The notes beneath the pieces are model-generated. The model saw only the letters and a list, made by a program, of their open reading frames with translations, had not been told where the DNA came from and searched no databases. 64,000 nucleotides of DNA from a phage: the NCBI GenBank assembly GCA_014685065.1, contig GCA_014685065.1_4092.2; one strand, given 5' to 3'. A program made the translations under genes and the position numbers. Below are positions 28,815 to 37,691 of this stretch, in pieces. The first letter of the stretch is position 1. Every line of letters begins with the position of its first letter.

Positions 28815-29081
28815 ATGAATATTATATACTTTGCAACGCGTGAACTTGCTCGGATTGCCGCACGCCAGGACGGGGCGACGTTTAAAGATATGGGCGTACA
28901 ATCTGAACGTGGTAAACGTTGGGCCGTAGTAAAGCAAAGTACAGCCCGATCAATTCAGTACTGGCTATCTGCTTTAAAGCGTCCTGATAGTGTATCGCGT
29001 CGCGTGGTAGAAATAAAGCACGACCGCAAGGGCAACCGCGTTACTGTGTACAGTACTAAAAAGATTGCAGTACTTGAATAA
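28815..29081 (+). CDS. hypothetical protein, paralog of 40786..41181
   Basis: shared FATRE.AR..AR..G.TFKDMG..RWAV and HDRKGNRVTVYS. Confidence 0.55.
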   Translation: MNIIYFATRELARIAARQDGATFKDMGVQSERGKRWAVVKQSTARSIQYWLSALKRPDSVSRRVVEIKHDRKGNRVTVYSTKKIAVLE

Positions 29082-29203
29082 AAGTACTTGACAGTTATCC
29101 GGCTTAGTGAGATAATACTTACAAGCCGGACACAAGGCGATAGCCCATAGGGTGCGGGAGTGTATCTATAGGAAAGTACTAAAAACTATTTTCAAAAAAG
29201 TAC

Positions 29204-29349
29204 TTGCAAACTATGTTTAAAGGCGTATAATGTTTTACATCAGGACGGGGAATGAAATAAGTAACTCCCTGTTAAGTAGTCCAGGAGTAAGACTTACGAA
29301 AAACTCCCCTGATAAAATAGTTTGACAAAGATTTATAAAAGCGTATAAT
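29204..29349 (+). promoter_or_regulatory. duplicated long leader module with two tandem promoters (TTGCAA 29204/TATAAT 29226; TTGACA 29322/TATAAT 29344) flanking a conserved ~80-nt segment
   Basis: near-identical copy at 39531-39700. Confidence 0.5.
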
Positions 29350-29381
29350 ACTTACATCAACTAATGAATGAGGGTTACAAA

Positions 29382-29993
29382 ATGAAAACTATCACTACTA
29401 CTACTTTTGTTATGGCTTTTTCTGAACTGAACGCAGAACAACAAACGGCGGCTATCGAACTGGTTCGGGATCGGGAACGTGCAAGTGAGGATAATTTCTT
29501 TGCTGAGTCAGTACTGGAATACTATAAAGAAACAGTACTGCCAGAATACGGCATAGATGAAGCTGAATTGCAATACAGTGGTTTTTGGTCGCAAGGTGAC
29601 GGTGCATCAATCAGTACTGACCACGTTGACGCTGAGAAGTTTTTACGCAAGGTTAAGGCGTTAACTAAGTATCGCACTATCCGTCACCTGTTGAACGAAG
29701 ATGATTTAGAAATGAGTGTAGAACGTTCCCAATCGCGTTATGCACACGAAAACACGGTAGGCGGTTGCGTTGATACTCGCTACACTGATTTAACTGTAAA
29801 ACAGGCTGCATTAGCTGAGGATCTGGAAAACTTACTGACTGATACTATCCGAGAATTATCTTGTAAGCTGTACCGTGATTTAGAAAATGCTTATGAAGAC
29901 CAGTTTACTACTGAAAACATTGTAGCACTGATTGAGGGTAACGAATATCAATTTAATGTTATCGATGGTGTAGTAGAATCTATCGCATATTAA
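29382..29993 (+). CDS. hypothetical protein (203 aa)
   Basis: ATG at 29382 after SD GAGGG. Confidence 0.6.
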   Translation: MKTITTTTFVMAFSELNAEQQTAAIELVRDRERASEDNFFAESVLEYYKETVLPEYGIDEAELQYSGFWSQGDGASISTDHVDAEKFLRKVKALTKYRTIRHLLNEDDLEMSVERSQSRYAHENTVGGCVDTRYTDLTVKQAALAEDLENLLTDTIRELSCKLYRDLENAYEDQFTTENIVALIEGNEYQFNVIDGVVESIAY

Positions 29994-30010
29994 TTCAGTA
30001 CTGAATCACT

Positions 30011-30030
30011 GGCGGGGAATGGTTCCCGCC
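30011..30030 (+). promoter_or_regulatory. 5'-leader hairpin GGCGGGGAATGGTTCCCGCC
   Basis: hairpin-family member; no clean -10 found upstream. Confidence 0.4.
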
Positions 30031-30051
30031 TATATCCCAGGAGTAAGAGAA

Positions 30052-30288
30052 ATGATCGAACAAATCAAAACTACAACGCCAAACGTAACGGGTACAGTAT
30101 CACACTTCATTGGTGACGATTCGCGGGGCGTTCCTTATTGTGCAGTACATGTAAACCAAAATGGCGACTACTGGCTAACGGTTTACGGTTCTTATTCTTT
30201 CGGGCGTAGTGCACACCAAAAGATCCTGGATAAAGTACAGCCAACGGGTAAAAATATCACCGCTGAGATGTTTTATAAAAAGCACTAA
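30052..30288 (+). CDS. hypothetical protein
   Basis: ATG at 30052 after SD AGGAG. Confidence 0.55.
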   Translation: MIEQIKTTTPNVTGTVSHFIGDDSRGVPYCAVHVNQNGDYWLTVYGSYSFGRSAHQKILDKVQPTGKNITAEMFYKKH

Positions 30289-30295
30289 AAAGTAC

Positions 30296-30354
30296 TTGCA
30301 AAGTAATTAGATTAACGTATAATACTTTATATCGAGAGCGGGAATAGTTCCCGC
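30296..30354 (+). promoter_or_regulatory. early promoter cassette + hairpin GCGGGAATAGTTCCCGC
   Basis: TTGCAA 30296, TATAAT 30318. Confidence 0.6.
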
Positions 30355-30373
30355 CTTTAATGAGGATTATCTA

Positions 30374-30658
30374 ATGAGCAAAGTAATTAATAGTAAAGTA
30401 CTAACTAAAACTTTATCTATAACTGAGTGCACCGATGGTTTTTGGCTGTACGATGAAACGCGTGGCATGAATTTAGCTATGCAGGAGAAAACTGCTGATG
30501 CGGCATATCTTAAAGCACTGGAATACTACCAGAAGCGTTTAAAGGAAGTAGAAAACGATTATAATAACCTGAAAGCGAAAGTAGATCATTTTGTCGGTCA
30601 ATTCGTTGACGATGACGAGGACGGGCACTACTGCGACCGTTGCGGATCTTACAATTGA
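30374..30658 (+). CDS. hypothetical protein
   Basis: ORF track; SD GAGGA. Confidence 0.6.
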   Translation: MSKVINSKVLTKTLSITECTDGFWLYDETRGMNLAMQEKTADAAYLKALEYYQKRLKEVENDYNNLKAKVDHFVGQFVDDDEDGHYCDRCGSYN

Positions 30659-30675
30659 GTACTGAGGATTATCTA

Positions 30676-30879
30676 ATGAGTGATTTAATTGAACGTATCA
30701 AAGAGCTTGAAGAAAAAGAATTGCAGTTGATCGGGTTACGGAATAAAGTATTCCATGATTTAGGTGGCTTCATTAATGCCTGGGATAGTGGCGATCCTGA
30801 TGCGTTACCTGCTAACCGCCAGGCGATGATCAATGATGTGCGTGGTGTCTTTGATTATGTTTTAAAGCAATTAAATTAA
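30676..30879 (+). CDS. hypothetical protein
   Basis: same GAGGATTATCTAATG start context as 30374. Confidence 0.55.
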   Translation: MSDLIERIKELEEKELQLIGLRNKVFHDLGGFINAWDSGDPDALPANRQAMINDVRGVFDYVLKQLN

Positions 30880-30887
30880 AAAAGTAC

Positions 30888-30947
30888 TTGCAATTAGTTT
30901 TTAGTACTGTATAATAGTTTACATCAAGGGGGGAAATGGTTCTCCCC
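30888..30947 (+). promoter_or_regulatory. early promoter cassette + hairpin
   Basis: TTGCAA 30888, TATAAT 30910, GGGGGAAATGGTTCTCCCC. Confidence 0.6.
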
Positions 30948-30966
30948 ACTAATAAGGAGTTTTACA

Positions 30967-31188
30967 ATGGCTAATATCACTACTCTTTCCCAGCTTGAAG
31001 CACTGGTTAAATCTATGCGGGCACATGTTGACAGTATCGGCGTAGAAGATCCGGCTGTATGTTTTTGTGACGAAATAAATGATGATACGCTCGTCATTGC
31101 AGAAGTACAAGACGTTTCTAACTATTCATCGCGTTACACTTGCGGAGTATCAAAGAAAGGTGATTTCTGTTTATATCTTACTAAGTAA
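30967..31188 (+). CDS. hypothetical protein
   Basis: ORF track; SD AAGGAG. Confidence 0.6.
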   Translation: MANITTLSQLEALVKSMRAHVDSIGVEDPAVCFCDEINDDTLVIAEVQDVSNYSSRYTCGVSKKGDFCLYLTK

Positions 31189-31356
31189 TACAGAGGGGAT
31201 CAATTGATCCCCTTTATATTTTTTGTACTGAATCATTTAATAGACGGATCTATGCACCCTGTGGGTTAGTGACTATCTCGTCTTTATGTAAGTATTATGC
31301 CAGTACTGGATGCAGTTGTCAAGACTTTTTTTTCAAATACTTTTATATCAAAGTAC

Positions 31357-31384
31357 TTGATAATAGTTTTTAAATGCGTATAAT
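31357..31384 (+). promoter_or_regulatory. sigma70-like promoter TTGATA-N16-TATAAT
   Basis: read directly. Confidence 0.5.
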
Positions 31385-31434
31385 GTTTTACATCTAATCG
31401 GGAATACTCCCTAGTACTAACAAAGGATATACAA

Positions 31435-31734
31435 ATGAAAACTGCAATCATCGCCCTGGCTTTATCTGTTTCCTCTTTCGCTGTTAACGCTTCCGTTGAT
31501 GTACCGAAAGAAAAATTCATTCAGTGCACTGTTGCAATGACTAACGAGGAAACGGCTGAGATCGTTACCAAATCCCTGGAACTGGCCCCTGCAATGTTTG
31601 CTAATGGCCCGTACCATGAAGAAGATGATCAGGGTAGCACGACCATCTATTACGATGCAAAAAGTAAACGCGGTTCTGTCACTGTAATGGATACAGAGAA
31701 AGTTACATTCACTGGCGTAATTAATTGTTTATAA
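31435..31734 (+). CDS. secreted/periplasmic protein (N-terminal signal peptide)
   Basis: MKTAIIALALSVSSFAVNASVD signal-like N-terminus. Confidence 0.6.
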   Translation: MKTAIIALALSVSSFAVNASVDVPKEKFIQCTVAMTNEETAEIVTKSLELAPAMFANGPYHEEDDQGSTTIYYDAKSKRGSVTVMDTEKVTFTGVINCL

Positions 31735-31751
31735 TATAGTACTGAATCACT

Positions 31752-31779
31752 AGCCCACTATAAGCAGTGGGCTTTTTTG
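31752..31779 (+). terminator. intrinsic terminator AGCCCACT-N6-AGTGGGCT + T6
   Basis: read directly. Confidence 0.7.
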
Positions 31780-31832
31780 TTTTTGTAGTATTGTAGTACT
31801 GGTATACTTTGAAAATAGTTTTAAAAAAGTAG

Positions 31833-31860
31833 TTGACATTACCAGGGAAAAGCGTAGAAT
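31833..31860 (+). promoter_or_regulatory. sigma70-like promoter TTGACA-N16-TAGAAT with ~110-nt leader
   Basis: read directly. Confidence 0.5.
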
Positions 31861-31974
31861 GTATTACATCAAGACGGGGAACATTAAGTAGACCGCCAGT
31901 AAGTCGAATGAAAAACTGGACACGTCAATAAAACTTTGATAAACTAACTTAAACTTTAATTGAGGATTTATAAA

Positions 31975-32457
31975 ATGGCTAATGTAAAATCATTTCTGAA
32001 AGCACTGATTTCTAACGATACTGTTATTGCTGCTGAATTGCTGGCTGACCTGGATAATGATACCATGAAAGCAGTACGCAACAATTTTAACATTGCTTAC
32101 AGTGAAGCGAAAGAACTACAAGCCAAAAAGGTAGCAGAACTGGAAGAACAGAAAAAAGCCCGTGAAGCAGAACTGCAAGCAACAATAGAAAGTATTCAGG
32201 CGGCGGTGTCTGGTTTAGATCTGGAAGTGGTTATTGAAATGGCACATAAAGCCCTGGCGGTTAAGTACGGTGAAGATAAGCCGGAATCTAAGCCTAAAAA
32301 ATGGATTCAAGAACGTGTTACGGTTGTCCTTGATAACGGGGAAGAACATTTGATTCCTGTACGCGGTAACTGCATTGCGGTAGTACTAGATGCAATCAAA
32401 GAAAGCGGTATGACTCGCGAGGAATGGATCGAAGCTCACCGCAAAGTTGAAGCATAA
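31975..32457 (+). CDS. hypothetical protein (alanine/glutamate-rich, likely helical)
   Basis: ATG at 31975 after SD GAGGA. Confidence 0.6.
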   Translation: MANVKSFLKALISNDTVIAAELLADLDNDTMKAVRNNFNIAYSEAKELQAKKVAELEEQKKAREAELQATIESIQAAVSGLDLEVVIEMAHKALAVKYGEDKPESKPKKWIQERVTVVLDNGEEHLIPVRGNCIAVVLDAIKESGMTREEWIEAHRKVEA

Positions 32458-32478
32458 CAATTAAAGTACTGAATCACT

Positions 32479-32505
32479 AGCCCACTTATACAGTGGGCTT
32501 TTTTG
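32479..32505 (+). terminator. intrinsic terminator AGCCCACT-N6-AGTGGGCT + T-run
   Basis: read directly. Confidence 0.7.
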
Positions 32506-32657
32506 TGTCTATAGTATTCCATGCCGTCAGCACCTCATAGAATCGATTCTAACGCATTAAACTGATTATCTGATGCATCGCCCTAGCTGGTGGAGTTAAG
32601 GCCGTTAGAATGCGATTGAGAGTGTTAAAAGTATTTTACAAAAAGTAATAAAAAGTA

Positions 32658-32685
32658 CTTGCACGATTCAGAGATTAGCGTATAA
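32658..32685 (+). promoter_or_regulatory. sigma70-like promoter TTGCAC-N16-TATAAT
   Basis: read directly. Confidence 0.5.
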
Positions 32686-32731
32686 TGTTTTACATCAAGG
32701 CGAAACACCTTAACTAACTGAGGATATAAAG

Positions 32732-32884
32732 ATGAATACTTATGAACTGGATTGTTTCACTATGCAAGTAATGTTAGTATGCAGTAAAAAAGAATGGTCA
32801 TCAAAGGAATTTAAAGCAGTTATTGCATGTTCAAAAAAAGGTAAGTCTATTATTGAAACGGCAGCTATCGTAGATAGTCTTTAA
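32732..32884 (+). CDS. small hypothetical protein (50 aa)
   Basis: hand-translated; SD GAGGA. Confidence 0.4.
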   Translation: MNTYELDCFTMQVMLVCSKKEWSSKEFKAVIACSKKGKSIIETAAIVDSL

Positions 32885-32892
32885 AAAATAGT

Positions 32893-32921
32893 TTGACAAT
32901 AGTTTTAAGTACTGACATAAT
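32893..32921 (+). promoter_or_regulatory. sigma70-like promoter TTGACA-N17-CATAAT
   Basis: read directly. Confidence 0.5.
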
Positions 32922-32954
32922 ACATACATCAACTACTGAATAGGAATCAAAACA

Positions 32955-33182
32955 ATGGCTATCGTAATCACTCGCGTATCTGGTACTACTGGCAATTCTT
33001 CTACTGTTGCTGTAATTACTAATAAGAAAGGTGCGGAATTACATTTTGCAATGAATACCTGGGCGGTGAATGAGTTCGGTCAGTGGGCTAGTGTAGAATA
33101 CATTGAAACCTATCAAGTGCCAACCATTAGCTTAACGGATCTCGGCGTAGATCGTATCTTATGCCTGGATGAATTAAACTAA
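32955..33182 (+). CDS. hypothetical protein
   Basis: ORF track. Confidence 0.55.
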   Translation: MAIVITRVSGTTGNSSTVAVITNKKGAELHFAMNTWAVNEFGQWASVEYIETYQVPTISLTDLGVDRILCLDELN

Positions 33183-33189
33183 AAAGTAC

Positions 33190-33249
33190 TTGCAAAGTAA
33201 ATCGGATAAAGTATAATACATTACATCAAGGGGAGAAATGATTCTCCCC
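33190..33249 (+). promoter_or_regulatory. early promoter cassette + hairpin GGGGAGAAATGATTCTCCCC
   Basis: TTGCAA 33190, TATAAT 33212. Confidence 0.6.
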
Positions 33250-33267
33250 ACTAAGAGGAAACTAAAA

Positions 33268-33411
33268 ATGAAAACTTGTCAATGTGGTAAAAAATCTATC
33301 ACTGGTTTGAAACGGGGCGTTGCTCTTTGTCAGTATCACTATAACGCTCAAGTATGGGGTAAAGAGTGGGCCGACCAGGTGGAAGCAATAAAGAAAGCAA
33401 AAAGTAAGTAA
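33268..33411 (+). CDS. small Cys-rich protein (47 aa; CxCG..C..H zinc-ribbon-like)
   Basis: hand-translated MKTCQCGKK..ALCQYHY; SD AAGAGGAAA. Confidence 0.45.
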   Translation: MKTCQCGKKSITGLKRGVALCQYHYNAQVWGKEWADQVEAIKKAKSK

Positions 33412-33420
33412 AATTATTAT

Positions 33421-33459
33421 CACAGTACTATTGACATAGATTGATAGTACTGGCATAAT
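33421..33459 (+). promoter_or_regulatory. class II promoter: TTGACA-N17-CATAAT with AGTACTAT/ATAGTACT inverted repeat over -35 and spacer
   Basis: read directly. Confidence 0.55.
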
Positions 33460-33492
33460 AGATTTTATCAAGACAACTAAGAGGAAACAAAA

Positions 33493-33705
33493 ATGGCTAT
33501 CATTACAAAAATCAAAGTAAACAATTCACTGGTTAAACTGGAACAAGTGAAAGCGGGTTATAAAGTATCATGGTGCGGAATGTATCGGATGTTCGCAGAT
33601 ATTGACGATGCAATCAAATATTATACTGATACGGTTGCTAACTTTGTTCGTGCTGATGTAGTGATGGCAGTTGCACAACATAAAGCATCAAAGCAAAGTA
33701 AGTAA
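33493..33705 (+). CDS. hypothetical protein
   Basis: ORF track. Confidence 0.55.
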   Translation: MAIITKIKVNNSLVKLEQVKAGYKVSWCGMYRMFADIDDAIKYYTDTVANFVRADVVMAVAQHKASKQSK

Positions 33706-33710
33706 AATTA

Positions 33711-33753
33711 TTATCACAGTACTATTGACATAGTTTGATAGTACTGGCATAAT
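33711..33753 (+). promoter_or_regulatory. class II promoter with AGTACT inverted repeat (near-identical to 33421 copy)
   Basis: TTGACA 33725, CATAAT 33748. Confidence 0.55.
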
Positions 33754-33786
33754 AGATTTTATCAAGACAACTAAGAGGAAATTAAA

Positions 33787-34131
33787 ATGGCTAACATCAA
33801 CACTATCTCAGCACAAAATATCAACCTGTCTTCTGTTGAAGTTGTACATATTGCCGCTCGGCGTTGGTTCCAGGCTTCATATGGTAACACTTATTTCTCT
33901 TTAAGTGTAGACGTAGAAATTGATGGTAATTTTATTGAAGTAGTAAACGTGCCGTTCCAATATGGATACGGGGATCACTTTGACACTGTAGCAATGGAAG
34001 AATTTAGCAAGGTTATTAATATGGAAGATAAAGAGTTTTTACGCGGTTCTTATCTTTCCCGTTTTTGCCGTGACAATAATATCACTGTTTACAGTTCGGT
34101 AACTGATGTTAAACGCAAAAAAGATCTTTAA
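33787..34131 (+). CDS. hypothetical protein
   Basis: ORF track. Confidence 0.6.
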   Translation: MANINTISAQNINLSSVEVVHIAARRWFQASYGNTYFSLSVDVEIDGNFIEVVNVPFQYGYGDHFDTVAMEEFSKVINMEDKEFLRGSYLSRFCRDNNITVYSSVTDVKRKKDL

Positions 34132-34211
34132 TTAGCTTTACTTTATGCAGATACTTTGATATAGTGTCTGCATAGGGGAAAGAAATTAAATCAAATTAAG
34201 AGGATAGTAAA

Positions 34212-34481
34212 ATGAAAAATATCAGTACTTTAATCGATGCAGGTACTCATGTTCGTCGGTCAATGGTTGCAACCAGTACTACAAAACAAGTAGCAAGCGG
34301 TTATCTTGTATTTGTACACGAAGGAAAGCTATTGGAACGTTCAATCAATTTTGATGTTAAAAACAATTGCCGTTTTATTATTTTTAAGCGTGAACAATAT
34401 AAAATTGATTTGCCAGCAAAGCCCATTAGCGGGGCGTACAACGTGCAATCATTGTTTGAGCGTCAACCATACACCTATTAA
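34212..34481 (+). CDS. hypothetical protein
   Basis: ORF track; SD AAGAGGA. Confidence 0.55.
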   Translation: MKNISTLIDAGTHVRRSMVATSTTKQVASGYLVFVHEGKLLERSINFDVKNNCRFIIFKREQYKIDLPAKPISGAYNVQSLFERQPYTY

Positions 34482-34532
34482 TCAAAACATCGTTAGCGGT
34501 CGATTTAGGCCGCTTATATTGGGGATTATACC

Positions 34533-34703
34533 ATGAACGTTAATCAAGTACTGAATGAAGTTGAAAGCATCATTAAACCAATGAAACGTATTGATGCTGT
34601 TCCTACACCGGAAGAATGCCGCCTTTATGAGCGTTACAGTGTGGAACAAGCCCAGGAAATGGCCCGTATCCGTCCGGTTGCCAGTACTGATAAGGCGGCG
34701 TAA
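34533..34703 (+). CDS. small hypothetical protein (56 aa)
   Basis: hand-translated; SD-like GGGGA. Confidence 0.4.
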   Translation: MNVNQVLNEVESIIKPMKRIDAVPTPEECRLYERYSVEQAQEMARIRPVASTDKAA

Positions 34704-34704
34704 T

Positions 34705-34911
34705 ATGCTTACTGTACAGGATAAGATCGACATCTTAAAGGTTAATATGTATGTGATTGATGCAGATCCTGAAAAAGTATTTGCATACGATGATTCTAAT
34801 CGTAGTCCTTTTTATTGTAGTCATGTAGTTGGATACGTGCCGTTAGCGTATGTTATCGAAAGAGTGGTTGATTCAGCTTATAAACATTACTTAGAAAGTA
34901 CTTGCAATTAG
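34705..34911 (+). CDS. hypothetical protein
   Basis: ATG one nt after previous stop. Confidence 0.45.
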   Translation: MLTVQDKIDILKVNMYVIDADPEKVFAYDDSNRSPFYCSHVVGYVPLAYVIERVVDSAYKHYLESTCN

Positions 34912-34961
34912 TTTTCAGTACTGTATAATTGTTTACATAGAGGGGGGGAATGGTTCTCCCC
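34902..34961 (+). promoter_or_regulatory. early promoter cassette + hairpin
   Basis: TTGCAA 34902, TATAAT 34924, GGGGGGGAATGGTTCTCCCC. Confidence 0.6.
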
Positions 34962-34979
34962 GATACTAGGAGAAACAAA

Positions 34980-35132
34980 ATGAAACAATATAACGCTCGG
35001 TTTGATGTTACTATCGGTAACGGGAAAGGTCAGTACTCTTTCAGTACTCGTAAAAGTTATACAGAAAACTTCCTGCGTAATTGTGCACTGACCGCCGCAC
35101 AAATTAAACATTACTTTCAGGCTAAAAAATGA
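34980..35132 (+). CDS. small hypothetical protein (50 aa)
   Basis: ATG after SD AGGAG. Confidence 0.45.
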   Translation: MKQYNARFDVTIGNGKGQYSFSTRKSYTENFLRNCALTAAQIKHYFQAKK

Positions 35133-35218
35133 AATCATTAGCTTACTATAGTTCGGCCCTGGTCGGTGCAGTACTGGCGGCATTGTTAGTAACCTATCTA
35201 TTCTTTATGGTGATTTAA
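35129..35218 (+). CDS. micro membrane peptide (29 aa)
   Basis: ATGA overlap; single hydrophobic helix; speculative. Confidence 0.3.
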   Translation: MKSLAYYSSALVGAVLAALLVTYLFFMVI

Positions 35219-35356
35219 ATGAATCCAAATAATATTATCTATCCTAACGCTAAAACGAAAGCAGATAAGGTAAACGCAAAAAAAGCGAAAGTAAAGCAGT
35301 ACATCAAGCAAGGCATGACACGCAAAGCGGCATTGCTTAAAGCTAAAAATAAATGA
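35219..35356 (+). CDS. small basic protein (45 aa)
   Basis: hand-translated; Lys-rich. Confidence 0.3.
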   Translation: MNPNNIIYPNAKTKADKVNAKKAKVKQYIKQGMTRKAALLKAKNK

Positions 35357-35362
35357 AAAAAG

Positions 35363-35394
35363 TGGTTGACTTCGGTCAGCCATTTTGCTATTAT
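35363..35394 (+). terminator. terminator/promoter dual element, copy 4 (variant)
   Basis: TGGTTGACTTCGGTCAGCCA + TTTTG + TATTAT. Confidence 0.55.
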
Positions 35395-35498
35395 ATATTC
35401 ATTGAGAGATAGCTCACTAGCCCACAGGGTGCAGGAATGTATCTATTGTATAATGATTGAGTACTGAAAACTATTTTAAAGTATTTGATAAAAAGTAC

Positions 35499-35557
35499 TT
35501 GCAAACTATCTCAATAAGCGTATAATGTTTTACATCGCAAGGGGAAACGGTTTCCCC
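35499..35557 (+). promoter_or_regulatory. early promoter cassette + hairpin GGGGAAACGGTTTCCCC
   Basis: TTGCAA 35499, TATAAT 35521. Confidence 0.6.
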
Positions 35558-35577
35558 TGGTAATAAGGAAACGAATC

Positions 35578-35919
35578 ATGACTATTGCAATTGCTCAATC
35601 TAACTTTGAAAACGAAATCATCGCTCAGGCACTGCGTTTAAATGATGGTCGGGCCGAAATCAATTACGGTTTCAATAGTGGTGGATGTGAAAAATATCAG
35701 TACTTTGTAACGGCTGATGGCTGTGTCCTGGGTATCAATACAGTTATTGTAAACATTCAGAAAATTAATTTCAATGATCCAGACGATAGCCAGTTTTACA
35801 TCACGGGCGTAGACGTGAACTACGAAGATGATTCCTTAACTGATGATTACACTGGCGAGAAGTTAGAAAGTGCATACGGTGAGGATGATTATCAGTCCGG
35901 TCCAGAAGATTTTGAATAA
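35578..35919 (+). CDS. hypothetical acidic protein
   Basis: ORF track. Confidence 0.6.
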   Translation: MTIAIAQSNFENEIIAQALRLNDGRAEINYGFNSGGCEKYQYFVTADGCVLGINTVIVNIQKINFNDPDDSQFYITGVDVNYEDDSLTDDYTGEKLESAYGEDDYQSGPEDFE

Positions 35920-35933
35920 TATTAAAAAATAGT

Positions 35934-35992
35934 TTGACAATAGTTTCCAGTACTGTATAATTAATTACATCAAGGGGAGAATAGTTCTCCCC
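35934..35992 (+). promoter_or_regulatory. early promoter cassette + hairpin GGGGAGAATAGTTCTCCCC
   Basis: TTGACA 35934, TATAAT 35956. Confidence 0.65.
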
Positions 35993-36014
35993 ACTAACAG
36001 AGAGAGAAAACAAA

Positions 36015-36197
36015 ATGGCTGAATTAATCGCTCGGAATACAATTGCAGGCGTTGAAGATGTAACATTATCATATGATTCAGATAAACAAGTTTACGTCAT
36101 TCGTTATGGTCTGATTGGTGTTAACGTTGATTCAATTGACGAAGCCTTTGAAAAATACTTTGAATTTATCAACCTGGCTTATGATGATTATCGTTAA
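36015..36197 (+). CDS. hypothetical protein
   Basis: ORF track. Confidence 0.5.
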   Translation: MAELIARNTIAGVEDVTLSYDSDKQVYVIRYGLIGVNVDSIDEAFEKYFEFINLAYDDYR

Positions 36198-36205
36198 AAA
36201 ATAGT

Positions 36206-36264
36206 TTGACAATAGTTTTAAGTACTGTATAATTAATTACATCAAGGGGAGAATAGTTCTCCCC
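36206..36264 (+). promoter_or_regulatory. early promoter cassette + hairpin (near-identical copy of 35934)
   Basis: TTGACA 36206, TATAAT 36228. Confidence 0.65.
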
Positions 36265-36281
36265 ACTAAGAGGAAAACAAA

Positions 36282-36500
36282 ATGGCTAATATCCGCACTG
36301 TACTGAAAAATGCAAAACAAGTTTTATTTTCTGACGATGAATATTTTAATCGCAATATCAAAGGCGTTCGGAACATTGAGGATGTAAAGGAATTATTTGG
36401 AATCAAAGGTAACGTATATCGTAAAGGATTGCACGGTAATCATTTTGAATATAAGTTAGCTGATAGTGATTATAACTTTACACTGACTATCATTAACTAA
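36282..36500 (+). CDS. hypothetical protein
   Basis: ORF track. Confidence 0.55.
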   Translation: MANIRTVLKNAKQVLFSDDEYFNRNIKGVRNIEDVKELFGIKGNVYRKGLHGNHFEYKLADSDYNFTLTIIN

Positions 36501-36510
36501 AAATATTATC

Positions 36511-36548
36511 ACAGTACTATTGACAACTGCCGATAGTACTGGCATAAT
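36511..36548 (+). promoter_or_regulatory. class II promoter with AGTACT inverted repeat
   Basis: TTGACA 36520, CATAAT 36543. Confidence 0.55.
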
Positions 36549-36592
36549 AACTTTTATCAACAGTAGTTAACTTAACCTAAGAGAGAAACATC

Positions 36593-36736
36593 ATGACAGC
36601 ATTAGATTCATTCATCGACGCAGTACTGGCAAAAACTGGCGAGGATCTGACCGCAGAACAATACGCGATGATCGAGCAATGCCAGCAAAACGGTAAATCG
36701 GTGAAAGATACTGTTAAGATTATCCGCAAGATGTAA
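36593..36736 (+). CDS. small hypothetical protein (47 aa)
   Basis: hand-translated; SD AAGAGAGAAA. Confidence 0.4.
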   Translation: MTALDSFIDAVLAKTGEDLTAEQYAMIEQCQQNGKSVKDTVKIIRKM

Positions 36737-36841
36737 GAATATAGCCCACTGGTTAACGCTGGTGGGCTTTAATCATTTACCCTATACAATGCCAGTACTA
36801 AACCGTTTATCTCGTTAGAATGCGTTACAGGACGTTTAACA

Positions 36842-37039
36842 ATGATTAGCATGAAATCAGTACAAAAACAAATTGATACATTATCAAAAATTAAACGTAA
36901 ACAGTACTCCTTAGAATATACAATCAATGGTAACTATCATCTAATGAAAGAAAATAATTTTATAGTCATTGATGAATCATTGCAAATCATTAGTATAGTA
37001 CTGAAAGCATTAATCAATGACAGAAAAAAGTTAAAATAA
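36842..37039 (+). CDS. hypothetical protein
   Basis: ORF track; weak SD. Confidence 0.4.
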   Translation: MISMKSVQKQIDTLSKIKRKQYSLEYTINGNYHLMKENNFIVIDESLQIISIVLKALINDRKKLK

Positions 37040-37370
37040 TCTATTGACAATATTATCCAGTACTGGCATAATACTTACATCAAGACGAGAACGTCACTAA
37101 CCCATAGGGTGCACAAATGTAACTGTATAATATTGATCAAAAAATGATCTGATCAATACTTGATCAATTTGCGTAAAGTAGTATAATTCTATGCAGTTGG
37201 TTAGACGAAAGGTTATGATTAGTAGTGGAAGTGTATAAAAATTTTCATGGTGTGGTGATCCGCACATATGGGGATGAATATGTCGTGTCGTATGGATTGG
37301 AAAAAGTAAGAACAAGTAATATACTTGTCGCGTTACAGTACTATAGTAATTTTATAATGAGGTTAAAATA

Positions 37371-37628
37371 ATGGCTGTAGGATTCACGAAAGATGGGGCC
37401 GAGCAAGACGAGATTAACGCAGTGATTCAGGCCGCTGTTAACCACGCTAGAACGCAAATTAACGCACAAATAGAATCACTGATACATTGCCTCGACTGCG
37501 GCGATAAAATCCCTGAGAATCGCCGCCAGGCAGTTAAGGGGTGTAAGTACTGCATCACTTGCCAGGCTGATCATGATAGCATATTCAAACGCAATCCCCG
37601 TAATTGTTGGCATAGATCTATGAGATAA
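37371..37628 (+). CDS. DksA/TraR-family C4 zinc-finger protein
   Basis: CLDCGDKIPENRRQAVKGCKYCITCQ matches CxxCG..IP..RR.A....CxxCQ. Confidence 0.7.
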   Translation: MAVGFTKDGAEQDEINAVIQAAVNHARTQINAQIESLIHCLDCGDKIPENRRQAVKGCKYCITCQADHDSIFKRNPRNCWHRSMR

Positions 37629-37634
37629 AAAGTA

Positions 37635-37662
37635 TTGACAGTGCTGTTAGTTAGTGTATAAT
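37635..37662 (+). promoter_or_regulatory. sigma70-like promoter TTGACA-N16-TATAAT
   Basis: read directly. Confidence 0.5.
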
Positions 37663-37691
37663 ATTTTATATCTTAACTGAGGATTGAAATC

